From NCBI GenBank assembly GCA_040754315.1, contig JBFMCS010000013.1, forward strand, positions 5,638-69,637: a stretch of DNA of 64,000 bases. The letters run 5' to 3'. This document shows positions 9,358 through 18,697 of this stretch, in pieces (the stretch's first letter is position 1; every line of letters begins with the position of its first letter). Source of the stretch: Bacillota bacterium. GTDB lineage: Bacteria > Bacillota > Sulfobacillia > DUSP01 > JBFMCS01. The translations under genes and the position numbers were made by a program. Under the pieces are notes generated by a model. That model had not been told where the DNA came from and made no database searches. It was given only the letters and a program-made list of their open reading frames with translations.

Positions 9358-10275
9358 CTACTGAGACCCCCCAAAAATGCAGTCACTGGGATTCTTACCC
9401 GGTCTCAGCCCCTTGTAAACCGGGTGGCGAAGGTACCCGCCAGCAGTCATTTCCAGGTACTCAACCTCGCACACCAGCTCCGGAGCCACCCATACCATCC
9501 CGTAGGCATCCCCCGGCGAACCCAGGGCGTCATAGAGCACCCCCTTCAGGGTGCCCAGGCGCCGGGCGAGGTCCTGGCCCTCCCGGGTGCTGATCCCAGA
9601 GCCAACCCGACCAACGTACCTCAGGCCCTCAGGATCAAAAAGGCCTAGCGCCAGGGAGGTCACATAGCCCGCACTCCCCTTACTGTACCCCAGGATCACG
9701 CAGTCTCGGGACTTGCGATGCTTGATCTTCTGCCAGTGCCTGGAACGTTTTCCGGGAAGGTAGGGACCGAAAAGGGTCTTAGCCATTATGCCCTCCAGGC
9801 CTGCCCTGCCCGCCGACGCGTAGAGCGCCCGTCCCTTCTCCATCACGGGTTCGGAAAGGACCAGCGAGCCACCTGCCCGGAGCCGCCGGGAGAGAACCTC
9901 CCGCCTTTCAATGAGCGGGGTGTTCATTACGCTCCTGTCCTCGTGCCACAGGATGTCAAAGGCCACGTATACGACGCCGGGATCGTTGTGCTCCAGGTGG
10001 CCGAAGTCTGGCAGGCCTTCCTGCAGGGCCACTATCTCCCCGTCCAGGACCACGAGCGCCCGGGAATCCACGTGCTTGTGAAGGGTTCCCAGGCTGGGGT
10101 AGCGAGGCGTCAGGTCCTTCAGGTTGCGGCTCTGCAGGCGGGTCTTCCCCTGCGCCGGATCCAGGAAGCACACTGCCCTGTAGCCGTCCCACTTCACCTC
10201 GAAGAGGTGCTCTTCGGAGTCAAAGGCCTCGTGGGCCAAGACCGCCAGCATAGGCCGGATGTACTCCGGGGTCAC
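9358..10275 (-). CDS. ligD: NHEJ ATP-dependent DNA ligase (LigD ligase domain)
   Basis: FEVKWDGYR (KxDG), LDGEIV, EGIMAK, Y.PGKRS..WQKIK, LRHPVYKGLRP. Confidence 0.95.
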   Translation of the reverse strand: MTPEYIRPMLAVLAHEAFDSEEHLFEVKWDGYRAVCFLDPAQGKTRLQSRNLKDLTPRYPSLGTLHKHVDSRALVVLDGEIVALQEGLPDFGHLEHNDPGVVYVAFDILWHEDRSVMNTPLIERREVLSRRLRAGGSLVLSEPVMEKGRALYASAGRAGLEGIMAKTLFGPYLPGKRSRHWQKIKHRKSRDCVILGYSKGSAGYVTSLALGLFDPEGLRYVGRVGSGISTREGQDLARRLGTLKGVLYDALGSPGDAYGMVWVAPELVCEVEYLEMTAGGYLRHPVYKGLRPGKNPSDCIFGGSQ

Positions 10276-11054
10276 GAACGCACCGCCTGGGCCATTTCCA
10301 CGCTCTTCTTCAATGCTTCCATCAGGTCTACAACCTTGGCAGCCTGGGGCGCCGCGGCAACCCGCACCTCCTGGCCTTTCGCCTTGAGCCTGATGACCTC
10401 AAGTATTCTCTCACTGTACTGGTCCCTGTAGCGCCCCGCCTCGAAGGGCCTGCTCATGGTATCCACCAGGACCGTGGCCATCCTGACCTCTCGCTCGTCC
10501 GGCGCCGGGGCCGGCACATCCCCCATAAGCCCGGCGGTGGACCGGATCTCTTCAGGGAAGAACATGGTCTCCATGATCAGGATACCCTCGGGATATACCC
10601 GGACACAGGCCAAGGATTCCCGGGCCCTCAGGACAACCCTGGCCAGGGCTATCTTCCCGGATCCCTGCATGGCCTCCCTCAGGAGGCTGTAGGCCTTGAG
10701 GGCGCCCGCGTCCGGGCCCAGGAAGTAGGTCTTCTCAAAGTAGATTGGGTCTATCTCGGCAAGGTCCACGAAGTCGGTGATCTCGATGGACCGGCTCCTT
10801 TGCGGCCGGGCAGCCTCGAAGTCCCCCTCGTCCAAGAGAACGTAGTGCCCCCGCTCATACTCGTACCCTAGTGCCACCTCTTCACTGGGCACCTCACGGT
10901 CACAGGTGGGGCACCACTTCTTGTGCCGCATGGGGGTGGCACAGGCCTCGTGGAGCTCATTGAAGCGCAGTGCCTTCTTCTCAGTGGCGCTGTACACCTT
11001 AACCGGTATGGTCACCAGGCCAAAGCCAAGGAATCCCTTCCATATGGCACGCAT
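10272..11054 (-). CDS. ku: NHEJ DNA end-binding protein Ku
   Basis: MRAIWKGFLGFGLVTIPVK, IDPIYFEKTYFL, VVDLMEALKKSV; ATG at 11054 follows GGAGAGG. Confidence 0.97.
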   Translation of the reverse strand: MRAIWKGFLGFGLVTIPVKVYSATEKKALRFNELHEACATPMRHKKWCPTCDREVPSEEVALGYEYERGHYVLLDEGDFEAARPQRSRSIEITDFVDLAEIDPIYFEKTYFLGPDAGALKAYSLLREAMQGSGKIALARVVLRARESLACVRVYPEGILIMETMFFPEEIRSTAGLMGDVPAPAPDEREVRMATVLVDTMSRPFEAGRYRDQYSERILEVIRLKAKGQEVRVAAAPQAAKVVDLMEALKKSVEMAQAVRS

Positions 11055-11081
11055 GGAAAACACCCTCTCCGGGCAGGCGGC

Positions 11082-11522
11082 TCAGCTGTACTCCCTGGGG
11101 TTCTCCCTCCGGGGCGCTACCCGCTCCCCCCTGAGCATCGCCTGGATTTGGCTTAGGATCTGAGGTGCCACATCAATGATGCGATCCATCACAGCCCCTT
11201 CCTCCACAGAAAGGAGCCTCACGGTACCCTGGCCCACCACCAGAAAGGCCACGGGCTGCACGGAGACACCGGCACCGCTGCCACCTCCGAAGGCATGCTC
11301 GTGGTCGCGGGCGTTGTGCCCGTTGCCCTGGCGGGTCTCGGACTGGGGATCATACTCCGCTCCCCCAGCTGCAAAACCGAATGTTACCCGGGAAACCGGT
11401 ATTATGACACTGCCGTCTGGTGTATCCACGGCCTCTCCTACCACGGTGTTGACATCCACCATGCCCTTGATGGACTCCATGGCAGTCTTCATAAGGCCCT
11501 GGATGGGGTGGTCGACCTCCAA
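11082..11522 (-). CDS. ytfJ: GerW/YtfJ family sporulation protein
   Basis: HPIQGLMKTAMESIKGMVDVNTVVG, IIPVSRVTFGFAAGG, FGGGSGAGVSVQPVAFLVV. Confidence 0.95.
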   Translation of the reverse strand: MEVDHPIQGLMKTAMESIKGMVDVNTVVGEAVDTPDGSVIIPVSRVTFGFAAGGAEYDPQSETRQGNGHNARDHEHAFGGGSGAGVSVQPVAFLVVGQGTVRLLSVEEGAVMDRIIDVAPQILSQIQAMLRGERVAPRRENPREYS

Positions 11523-11703
11523 AGGGATCCCTCCGTTTCCTTATGGCGTCATGGCTTTACGCTCTTAATGTCTCTCCGGGGAGACAAAATATGTGGGACC
11601 ACCGGTCAAGCCGGCGCGTACCACAAGAAGGAAACCGGCTACCGGGGAAGAAAACAGGTTAATCGGCGCCTGAGCGCCAAAGTAATGGAAGGAGGACGGA
11701 GAA

Positions 11704-13215
11704 TTGGCTCTTGGCCCCCTCAAGAACCTGCGTGCTGGCATTGTTCATTCTAACCTCACAGTGGATGAACTCCGAGCTCTTGCCAGTAAGGACGAGACCA
11801 CCACGGAGTACGGCAGTCCCAGCTACATTACCCAAGTGCGCAACCGCAGCGCCAAGCACACCTACGTGGTAACGGATGGGAGAGCCGTTCGCCTTGGCCT
11901 AGGCCAACAGGCCATAGAACCTGAAAGGGCTCGGGAGTTGGTCAAGGCTGTCATAGGATACCTGGAAACCCAAGAGGTCATCCGCGTTGACCGGAACATG
12001 GGGGAAGGTCCCGGAGCCATTCCCTGCACACTGTATATCACCGCAGGCTTTGCCCAGATAGCCTTGATGTGGCACAGGTCCCTCTTCCCCAGGACGCCGG
12101 GAGATCCCCGGATGACCAGCGTCTACGTGCCCCAGTGGCCCGAGAGGCTCATCATGGTTGACCCTGAGGAGGCCGTCACCCTCATACTTGGCACTGACTA
12201 CTTCGGTGAGGCCAAGAAGTCATTCCTGAGGATGGCCATGTACCTCGTCAAGAAGGAAGGAAGGCTGGGGGTACACGCTGGAGGAAAGGTACTCAGGGTC
12301 TCCAAGCCCGGGGGCCTTGATCCCGTGGGAATGCTGCTGTTTGGGCTGAGCGGCACCGGCAAGACGACCCTGACAGTGCACGACCACTCTCTCAAGGAAC
12401 CTGAGGGTGTCATCATCCGGCAGGACGATGTCATGGTGATGGACCTGGGCGGTTCGGCGACAGGCACTGAGGACAGCTTCTACATCAAGACAGAGGGGCT
12501 TGAACCCTCCCAGCGAGTGCTCTACGATGCAGCAAGACACCCTGAGGCTGTCCTGGAGAACGTGGCGGTAGGCCCAGAGGGCAAGATAGACTTCCTGGAC
12601 TACAACCTGACCACCAATGGCAGGGCTATCGTACCCCGCGATGCTGTGGAGGGTGCTGACTCCCGTATCAATTTGGACAGGGTCGACAAGGTCATCTTCA
12701 TCACGCGGCGCCAGGATGTTGTGGGCCCAGTTGCCCGCCTCTCACAGGAACAGGCCGCAGCCTTCTTTATGCTAGGGGAATCCATAGAGACCTCGGCGGG
12801 AGACCCTAGCCGGGCAGGACAGTCCAAGAGAGAGGTGGGCACGAATCCCTTCATCATAGGCCCCGAGGGCCGCGAAGGGAACAGGTTCCTGGAGATACTT
12901 AGAGCAAACCCGGCTGCCGAGTGTTTCCTCATGAACACCGGGAGCGTGGGACCTGCCAAGATACCCGTGGCAGCCAGCTCTGCCATTATCCGGGAGATAG
13001 CCAGGGGTACTGTCACCTGGAGGGAGGACCCCGTGTGGGGTTACTGGAGCCCCAGGGAGGTGCCAGGGCTCGATCTGGCTCCCTATGACCCTGCCCGATA
13101 CCTGTCTCCCGGGGAATACCGGGAACGGGTCAAGAGGCTCAAGGAAGAGAGGATTGCTTGGCTTGGCGCCTTCGAGGACCTGGACCCCTCCATCATCCGG
13201 GCCCTGGGTCGGTGA
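11704..13215 (+). CDS. pckA: Phosphoenolpyruvate carboxykinase (ATP)
   Basis: GTDYFGEAKKS, HAG, P-loop FGLSGTGKTTL, QDD, YIKTEGL, TTNGR, FMLGESIETSAGDP. Confidence 0.92.
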   Translation: MALGPLKNLRAGIVHSNLTVDELRALASKDETTTEYGSPSYITQVRNRSAKHTYVVTDGRAVRLGLGQQAIEPERARELVKAVIGYLETQEVIRVDRNMGEGPGAIPCTLYITAGFAQIALMWHRSLFPRTPGDPRMTSVYVPQWPERLIMVDPEEAVTLILGTDYFGEAKKSFLRMAMYLVKKEGRLGVHAGGKVLRVSKPGGLDPVGMLLFGLSGTGKTTLTVHDHSLKEPEGVIIRQDDVMVMDLGGSATGTEDSFYIKTEGLEPSQRVLYDAARHPEAVLENVAVGPEGKIDFLDYNLTTNGRAIVPRDAVEGADSRINLDRVDKVIFITRRQDVVGPVARLSQEQAAAFFMLGESIETSAGDPSRAGQSKREVGTNPFIIGPEGREGNRFLEILRANPAAECFLMNTGSVGPAKIPVAASSAIIREIARGTVTWREDPVWGYWSPREVPGLDLAPYDPARYLSPGEYRERVKRLKEERIAWLGAFEDLDPSIIRALGR

Positions 13216-13278
13216 ACCTGTTCAGGTTGTACCCTCCCTAGGCATAGAATGGTGGTGGGATACGGGGGGGTGCGAAGG

Positions 13279-13743
13279 ATGCGCGGCCAAGTCCTGGTCT
13301 TGATCATGGTTTTCTTTGTCCTTTTCGCCTTGGGAACGCTCTGGGGGGTGTATCCCTCCGGGGTGGCCCAGGATGATGAACCTGTCTCAGGCGACCTAGG
13401 TGGCGCCGTTAGGCCCAAGGCAGGCTCCTGGCCGGAGCGCCTCCTGGAGCGCCTAACGCCTCACCTGGGCTTCCTGGCACTCCCAGCCTTGGTGGCGGCC
13501 TTCATGGGGGCGATGGCGGCCCTGGCCATGGCGGTCATGGCCCTCGCTGCCCTGTTCTCGGGTGGGAGGAGGGAGGCAACCGCTGAAAGGTGCCCAGCCT
13601 GCCGGGCCAATGTTTCCCGCAGGTCGCGCACCTGCCCAATGTGTCACACGCGGCTATCCCCGCTCGGCCACGGGGAGTACCTGGAAGACACTCACACCCG
13701 GGTCTGGAGGGGGTTCGGCAAGGAACCCCCAGGGGACAAATAG
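13279..13743 (+). CDS. Hypothetical membrane protein with C-terminal zinc ribbon
   Basis: Two hydrophobic segments plus CPAC-x10-CPMC. ATG at 13279 follows GGGGGTG; alternative start 13249. Confidence 0.7.
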   Translation: MRGQVLVLIMVFFVLFALGTLWGVYPSGVAQDDEPVSGDLGGAVRPKAGSWPERLLERLTPHLGFLALPALVAAFMGAMAALAMAVMALAALFSGGRREATAERCPACRANVSRRSRTCPMCHTRLSPLGHGEYLEDTHTRVWRGFGKEPPGDK

Positions 13744-13761
13744 CACAAAGGAGAGTGAGCA

Positions 13762-14826
13762 GTGCCGCTGACCAGCATCTTTCGGACCACGTCCGTACTC
13801 GTCTCCTTCACCTTCTCCTCCTTGCCCCTGGTGTCCAGGTTCCTAGGGGAGTGGAGGCAAAAGGCCCAGGCCATCCCTGATGAAACCTTGCGCCGCCAAG
13901 CACTGGCCAGCATCGACACCAAGCGCTTTCACTGCCAGGGGGGCTCTTGTTACGCTGTGCCGGCGGGCCGCCTTGGGACTGAGGTTGTCCGGGCCATCGT
14001 CGCACTCCAGACTATCTCGGACTACCTGGACAACCTGTGCGACAGGGCCGGGGTTCTAGACGAGGCCTCCTTCCGCCAGCTTCACCTGGCTATGACCGAG
14101 GCGTTGACGCCGGGGGACCCCATCTCCCCCTACTACGCCCTCTATCCCTCGGGCAACGACGGGGGTTACCTGGAAGAACTCGTCAGCGCAACCCGGACCT
14201 CTTGCCAGAGGCTACCTGGCTTCGACATGGTTTCCGGGCGTGCCCTGGTCTATGTCTCCCTTTACTCGGACCTCCAGTCCCTCAAGCACCTGGAGCCCAA
14301 GGAGCGAAGCGGAAGGCTCCAGGACTGGCATGTCAGGAAGGGCCTCGCCTGGCCGGGCATACACTGGTGGGAATTCGCGGCGGCCTGCGGCTCCACCCTG
14401 GGGATCTTCGCCCTCCTGGCCTTGGCCTCCCAGCCCGGCTCCAAGAGCGAGGTGGCTGAAGCCCTGTGCCAGGCCTACTTCCCCTACATCTCTGGCCTTC
14501 ACATACTCCTAGACTACCTCATCGATATGGAGGAGGATGCCAGGGAGGGAGACTTTAACCTGGTAGCGCCATACCAAAGCGCCTCCGAGAGAGGGGAGCG
14601 CCTGGGGTTATTCGTGGAGAGGGCCATGGAGGGGGCGGCCCTCCTGCCCGATTCCCACTTCCACCGCACGGTGGTGAGGGGGCTCCTGGCCATGTATCTT
14701 TCCGATCCCAAGGTCAAGGAGCAAGGCCTGGTACCACTTGCCAGGGAGCTGGCTGCACGGGGAGGACCTGGCACCTCCTTCATGACAGGGGGATGCCGGG
14801 CCCTCAGGGCAGCAGGGGTAATATAG
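13762..14826 (+). CDS. ytpB: Tetraprenyl-beta-curcumene synthase family terpene cyclase (YtpB/DUF2600)
   Basis: FHCQGG, QTISDYLDNLCDR, YVSLYSDLQSLKHL, WWEFAAACGSTLGIF, GLHILLDYLID..ED. Confidence 0.92.
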   Translation: MPLTSIFRTTSVLVSFTFSSLPLVSRFLGEWRQKAQAIPDETLRRQALASIDTKRFHCQGGSCYAVPAGRLGTEVVRAIVALQTISDYLDNLCDRAGVLDEASFRQLHLAMTEALTPGDPISPYYALYPSGNDGGYLEELVSATRTSCQRLPGFDMVSGRALVYVSLYSDLQSLKHLEPKERSGRLQDWHVRKGLAWPGIHWWEFAAACGSTLGIFALLALASQPGSKSEVAEALCQAYFPYISGLHILLDYLIDMEEDAREGDFNLVAPYQSASERGERLGLFVERAMEGAALLPDSHFHRTVVRGLLAMYLSDPKVKEQGLVPLARELAARGGPGTSFMTGGCRALRAAGVI

Positions 14827-14872
14827 CCTGGAGCTGTCACCTGGCCTTGCGCCCTCTGGCCGGCCCGGGGTA

Positions 14873-15838
14873 TCAGGTGTTCCTGCTCATGATGTTCACG
14901 GCTATGGCGTGAAGCCGGGACCTGCCAGGGCAGTCGGGCAGGACCTGCAGGGCCCGAGTGGCCCGGGCTATGCACTCCCGGGCAACCCCCATAGCGCTGT
15001 CCACTGCTCCTGATTCTACTGCCGCCGTCCTGATGGCCACAATGTCATCCCGGGAGAGGGACCCCTGGTCTAGAAGAAGCCTTGCCTTCTTCCCCCTGTC
15101 CCCGTCCCCCAAGAGGTGTACTATGGGAAGGGTGATCACTCCTGAGGCTAGGTCCAGCCCTGAGGGTTTTCCCAGCTGGCTGTCATCGCCCACTAGGTCC
15201 AGGATGTCATCGGTAATCTGGAAGGCGAGGCCGATGCCCTGCCCGTATGTGCCGAGTCCCTCAATGTGCTCGGGCGGGGCCATCCCAACCATGCCGCCGG
15301 CGCGGCAGCATGCCTCCATGAGGCTGGCTGTCTTCTTCCTGCAGTGTTCAATGCACTGTTCTTCAGTGATGTCTAGCCCGAAGCGCTGGCCCATCTGGCT
15401 CATCTCGGCCTCACACATGGCCGCCACGGCACTGGACATGACTGCCAGCACATCGAATAGCCCTTCCCGGACCAGAAGGGAGAAGGACTTGGCGAAGAGG
15501 AAGTCCCCGGTAAGCACCGACAGTCGAGAACCGAACACTGAATGCAGGCTGGGCTGGCCGCGGCGATCCTTGGCCCCATCCAGTATGTCATCGTGAATAA
15601 GGGAGGCTGTGTGGACCAGCTCCGCTGCGGCCGCCGCCACGGCCGTGCGGTGTGGCTGTGAGCCATACATGGAGCCGGAGTTCCAGACAAGGAGGGGTCT
15701 GAGGCGCTTGCCGCCCAGGCGCACCAGGTAATTGGCCATGTTCCTGGCGTGGAGGTCACAACTGGCGATGGCTTGCTGCAGCTGTTCTTCAACGGCCTGC
15801 AGGAACTCAGGTGCGGCCATGGGGCCTAGGGTCTGCAT
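14873..15838 (-). CDS. trans-Polyprenyl diphosphate synthase (HepT-like)
   Basis: GGKRLRP, FARM HDDILD..RRG, KKTASL, SARM FQITDDILD; ATG at 15838 follows GAGGAGG. Confidence 0.92.
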   Translation of the reverse strand: MQTLGPMAAPEFLQAVEEQLQQAIASCDLHARNMANYLVRLGGKRLRPLLVWNSGSMYGSQPHRTAVAAAAAELVHTASLIHDDILDGAKDRRGQPSLHSVFGSRLSVLTGDFLFAKSFSLLVREGLFDVLAVMSSAVAAMCEAEMSQMGQRFGLDITEEQCIEHCRKKTASLMEACCRAGGMVGMAPPEHIEGLGTYGQGIGLAFQITDDILDLVGDDSQLGKPSGLDLASGVITLPIVHLLGDGDRGKKARLLLDQGSLSRDDIVAIRTAAVESGAVDSAMGVARECIARATRALQVLPDCPGRSRLHAIAVNIMSRNT

Positions 15839-15890
15839 GTTCCACCTCCTCAAGAGATAGTATGCGCTTTTTGCTGCCAGCAGGGCCCTT

Positions 15891-16466
15891 TCAGATCCCC
15901 CGTGGCAGGCCGCGGGGATCCTCTGCTGGAACTCCCTTGCCGCTCCTCCAGGCCTGCCAGGAGAGGTAAAGGAGACGGCCCATCTTGATGGTAAAGGAAA
16001 AGGATGCCCGTGCCTCCAGCACCTGCCCCTTGAAGTCAGGGTATACCTGGATGCGCACCAGCTTTAGGGGTATGCCCAGGTAGCTCGAGAGTAGGGGAAC
16101 TAACGGGCCTATCACAGCCCAGATGGAGCCAACCGTCATGCCCGTGGCAGCGGCATCCCCCAGCCCAACACGAATACTCAAGGTCACTGCCCTCCAGGAA
16201 AGCCCACGGGAGATCCTCTTTAGGTACATTATGTCCCAGGCATCTTTGGAGGGTCCCGGTGACACTGTTCGACGTCCTGGGTTGAAATCCCTGGAGAACT
16301 TGAGGAAGCCGAGGACTGTTACACTTGCCTTGGGGCGGCCAGCGCCCGGCCAGCTAAGGCGCACGAGGAAAGACACCGGGAGATGCCACAGCGCCACGGC
16401 GACCAGCGCGAGGATGAGGGTGATGAGCAAGGAGGACCCTCCCAGGGGGAAGCCTTTCTCTTCCAT
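15891..16466 (-). CDS. DUF2953 (YtfI-like) protein
   Basis: N-terminal TM segment and GLGDAAATGMTVGSIW motif; lies in the scpB-ytfI-ytfJ context. Confidence 0.8.
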   Translation of the reverse strand: MEEKGFPLGGSSLLITLILALVAVALWHLPVSFLVRLSWPGAGRPKASVTVLGFLKFSRDFNPGRRTVSPGPSKDAWDIMYLKRISRGLSWRAVTLSIRVGLGDAAATGMTVGSIWAVIGPLVPLLSSYLGIPLKLVRIQVYPDFKGQVLEARASFSFTIKMGRLLYLSWQAWRSGKGVPAEDPRGLPRGI

Positions 16467-16613
16467 GTTTCCCCACTGGTAGGTCCCTCATACCAGGGTC
16501 CCGATGGCCCGGCGGTGATGCGGTGAGTTCCGGCTAGGCGGCACCCAATCTTGGCAATGACTGTCTCCCCCAGGGTTTTAGGGGCACTCCGGGCGCCCCA
16601 CCCTCCTTTGCCC

Positions 16614-17108
16614 CTAGCGAGCAAGGCCCTGGAGCCTCTGACGGGGTGAGACCACCTCCTTGATGTGGATTCCGTAACGATCACCCACCACAACGATCTC
16701 TCCCTTGGCCAGTAAGTGGCCATCGACAAAGACCTCGGCTGGGGCCCTGATACCCCTATCCATCTCCACGACCCTCCCAGGAAGGAACCCCAGGACCTCA
16801 CCTACAGGGAGCATCGTGTCAGCCATTGTGACGGTGAGAGTGACAGGAAGGTCCAAAAGTCGTGGCAAGAGGTCTTCACGGCGCCCGTTGCCCCCTTGGC
16901 CACGGGGGTCCACGGGGCATTCTCCCGGCCGGGCTGCAGGCTCCCTGCGCTTGGTGGATGCCATAGGCTCCCTGGGTTCTTCCCCACCAGCCGGCCTTTT
17001 CTTAGCAGGGCCCTTGGCCACCGGTTTGCCCGGGTCCCCTGCCTTATTTCCCATCTGGGCGAGGAGGGCATCGATGTCCTCCTGGCTGAGCGGTCCTCCA
17101 TCAGCCAA
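16614..17108 (-). CDS. fliN: Flagellar motor switch protein FliN (N-terminal LSQEDIDALL peptide + SpoA domain)
   Basis: LSQEDIDALL; LLDLPVTLTV ... AKGEIVVVGDRYGIHIKEVV. TTG start overlaps the fliM stop. Confidence 0.9.
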   Translation of the reverse strand: MADGGPLSQEDIDALLAQMGNKAGDPGKPVAKGPAKKRPAGGEEPREPMASTKRREPAARPGECPVDPRGQGGNGRREDLLPRLLDLPVTLTVTMADTMLPVGEVLGFLPGRVVEMDRGIRAPAEVFVDGHLLAKGEIVVVGDRYGIHIKEVVSPRQRLQGLAR

Positions 17109-18096
17109 TCCTCTCACCTGCCTCTTCCAGGTTCCCCGCTATCCTGATCGCGAATTTCTGCCCCACCCTCCCGGGTTGCCCAGTGAACTTGGGCCGGCCC
17201 TCCACCGTGAGGCGTATAGGGCTGTCGCAGCAGTTCTCCAGCGCTATGACGTCCCCGGCCTGAAGGTGAACCAGCTCTTTCAGTGTCAGCCGGGCGGCTC
17301 CCAGCTCTGCCTGCACCTTCACGGGGATCTGCTTGGCCAGGGCTTCTGGCACCTTCTCCGCAGCATCCTCCCGGGATCCCCGGTTCAGCCAGTGCTTGGC
17401 GGAGAGCATAGGAAGCACGGGCTCCAGGCAATAGTAGGGCACGCACAGCCTCATGGGCGCCTCGTGCTCTCCCAGGCACACCTGGAAGATGATGGAGGCA
17501 GTGACCTCCTTGGAGGAGAGAAACTGCGCGTGAAAGGTGTTGGAGGCTACTATTTCCACGTAGGGATCAAGCTCGACGGTACCCTTCCATGCTCGCGCCA
17601 GGTCATTCATGAAACCGTTCAGCAAGACCTCTATGGTGGTCTGCTCTATTTCTGTGAGCGCCCTGAGCTCCACAGGGGGGGCACCAACGCCCCCGAATAC
17701 CCTGTCGATAATCCTCATGCCGATCCCCAGGTCGAACTCAAGGAGGCACTTCCCCCTGAGGGGAGGCATAGCGAAGATGCACATGATGGTAGGCTCAGTG
17801 ACACCATTCAGGAATTCCTCGTAGTTGGACTGCTCCACCGTTAGGACTTTGACGGCGATGGGTGCCCGCATGTGCCCCGAGAGGCTGAGGCTGGCCATGC
17901 GGGCGAAGTCATCATGCAGCATGTAGAGGGTACGAACCTGCTCACGAGCAAACTTGTCGGGGCTCCTGAAGTCATAGACCTTGATGGAACGGCTCTTAGA
18001 CGAATCCGGACGAGCCTCCGCCTCCACGGTCTCCTCTTCCTGCTCAACCAGGGACTGGACGAGGGCATCTACCTCGGTTTGACTCAGGATGCCCAC
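17101..18096 (-). CDS. fliM: Flagellar motor switch protein FliM
   Basis: ILSQTEVDALV, IKVYDFRSPDKF, RALTEIE, C-terminal SpoA domain (GRVGQKFAIRI); GTG at 18096. Confidence 0.95.
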   Translation of the reverse strand: MGILSQTEVDALVQSLVEQEEETVEAEARPDSSKSRSIKVYDFRSPDKFAREQVRTLYMLHDDFARMASLSLSGHMRAPIAVKVLTVEQSNYEEFLNGVTEPTIMCIFAMPPLRGKCLLEFDLGIGMRIIDRVFGGVGAPPVELRALTEIEQTTIEVLLNGFMNDLARAWKGTVELDPYVEIVASNTFHAQFLSSKEVTASIIFQVCLGEHEAPMRLCVPYYCLEPVLPMLSAKHWLNRGSREDAAEKVPEALAKQIPVKVQAELGAARLTLKELVHLQAGDVIALENCCDSPIRLTVEGRPKFTGQPGRVGQKFAIRIAGNLEEAGERIG

Positions 18097-18272
18097 TAGA
18101 TTTCCCCCTCTAGGCTCTTTGGCGCCACCAGATCTGGAGCCGGCCGTAATCACACTCAAGCGGTACATGCAAGCCACTGTTCTTCACTGCGGGAAAAACC
18201 ATAGCCTTGCTCCTATAACGGTGGGGCTATCCGGCGCACTGGTAACCGCCCTGTTTCAGGTTTCTACATAGT

Positions 18273-18300
18273 TATTCGTCGAAGATCCCGCCCCAGTTTA
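18273..18300 (-). promoter_or_regulatory. Possible sigmaD (sigma28) promoter of fliMN
   Basis: Minus strand TAAA-N16-GACGAATA, compared with consensus TAAA-N15/16-GCCGATAT. Confidence 0.4.
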
Positions 18301-18402
18301 GGGGCTCCCAGCCTCCTAGGCGCCACCCAATGATCTACCATCTATCGATAAAATGCGTATTTCGGAGTAAAACGGCCACCTGTTTCGGTGGCTAGCGGGA
18401 TA

Positions 18403-18683
18403 CCGGCCTCGCCACCGCTGAACTGCTGGAAGCCATCATGGCCTCAAGACCTCATCCTGAGCAGGGTTATCATAGCTGCCTGGGGATCATCCGGCTTGCT
18501 GACCGGTACTCACCCGAGCGACTGGACGCAGCCTGTAAAAGGAGCCCTGCTATAAAGAGTTACTCGTACAAGAGTGTGAACTCCATCCTCAAGACTGGAC
18601 TAGATAAGGTGCCCCTTAAAGAGGAGATTTCTAAGCCCGGGCCCGCCCACCAGAACATCCGTGGCCCGGAGTATTACCACTGA
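18403..18683 (+). pseudogene. istA: istA transposase, C-terminal fragment only
   Basis: RPHPEQGYHSCLGIIRLADRYSPERLDAAC...NIRGPEYYH; the N-terminal DDE region is missing. Confidence 0.85.
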
Positions 18684-18697
18684 GGGAGTGAAGAACC

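Noticed and set aside
18180-18270. c-di-GMP-I riboswitch ahead of fliM
   Set aside because: aaacctgaaacaggg resembles P2, but the required GCAAAGC and P3/P1 elements are missing.
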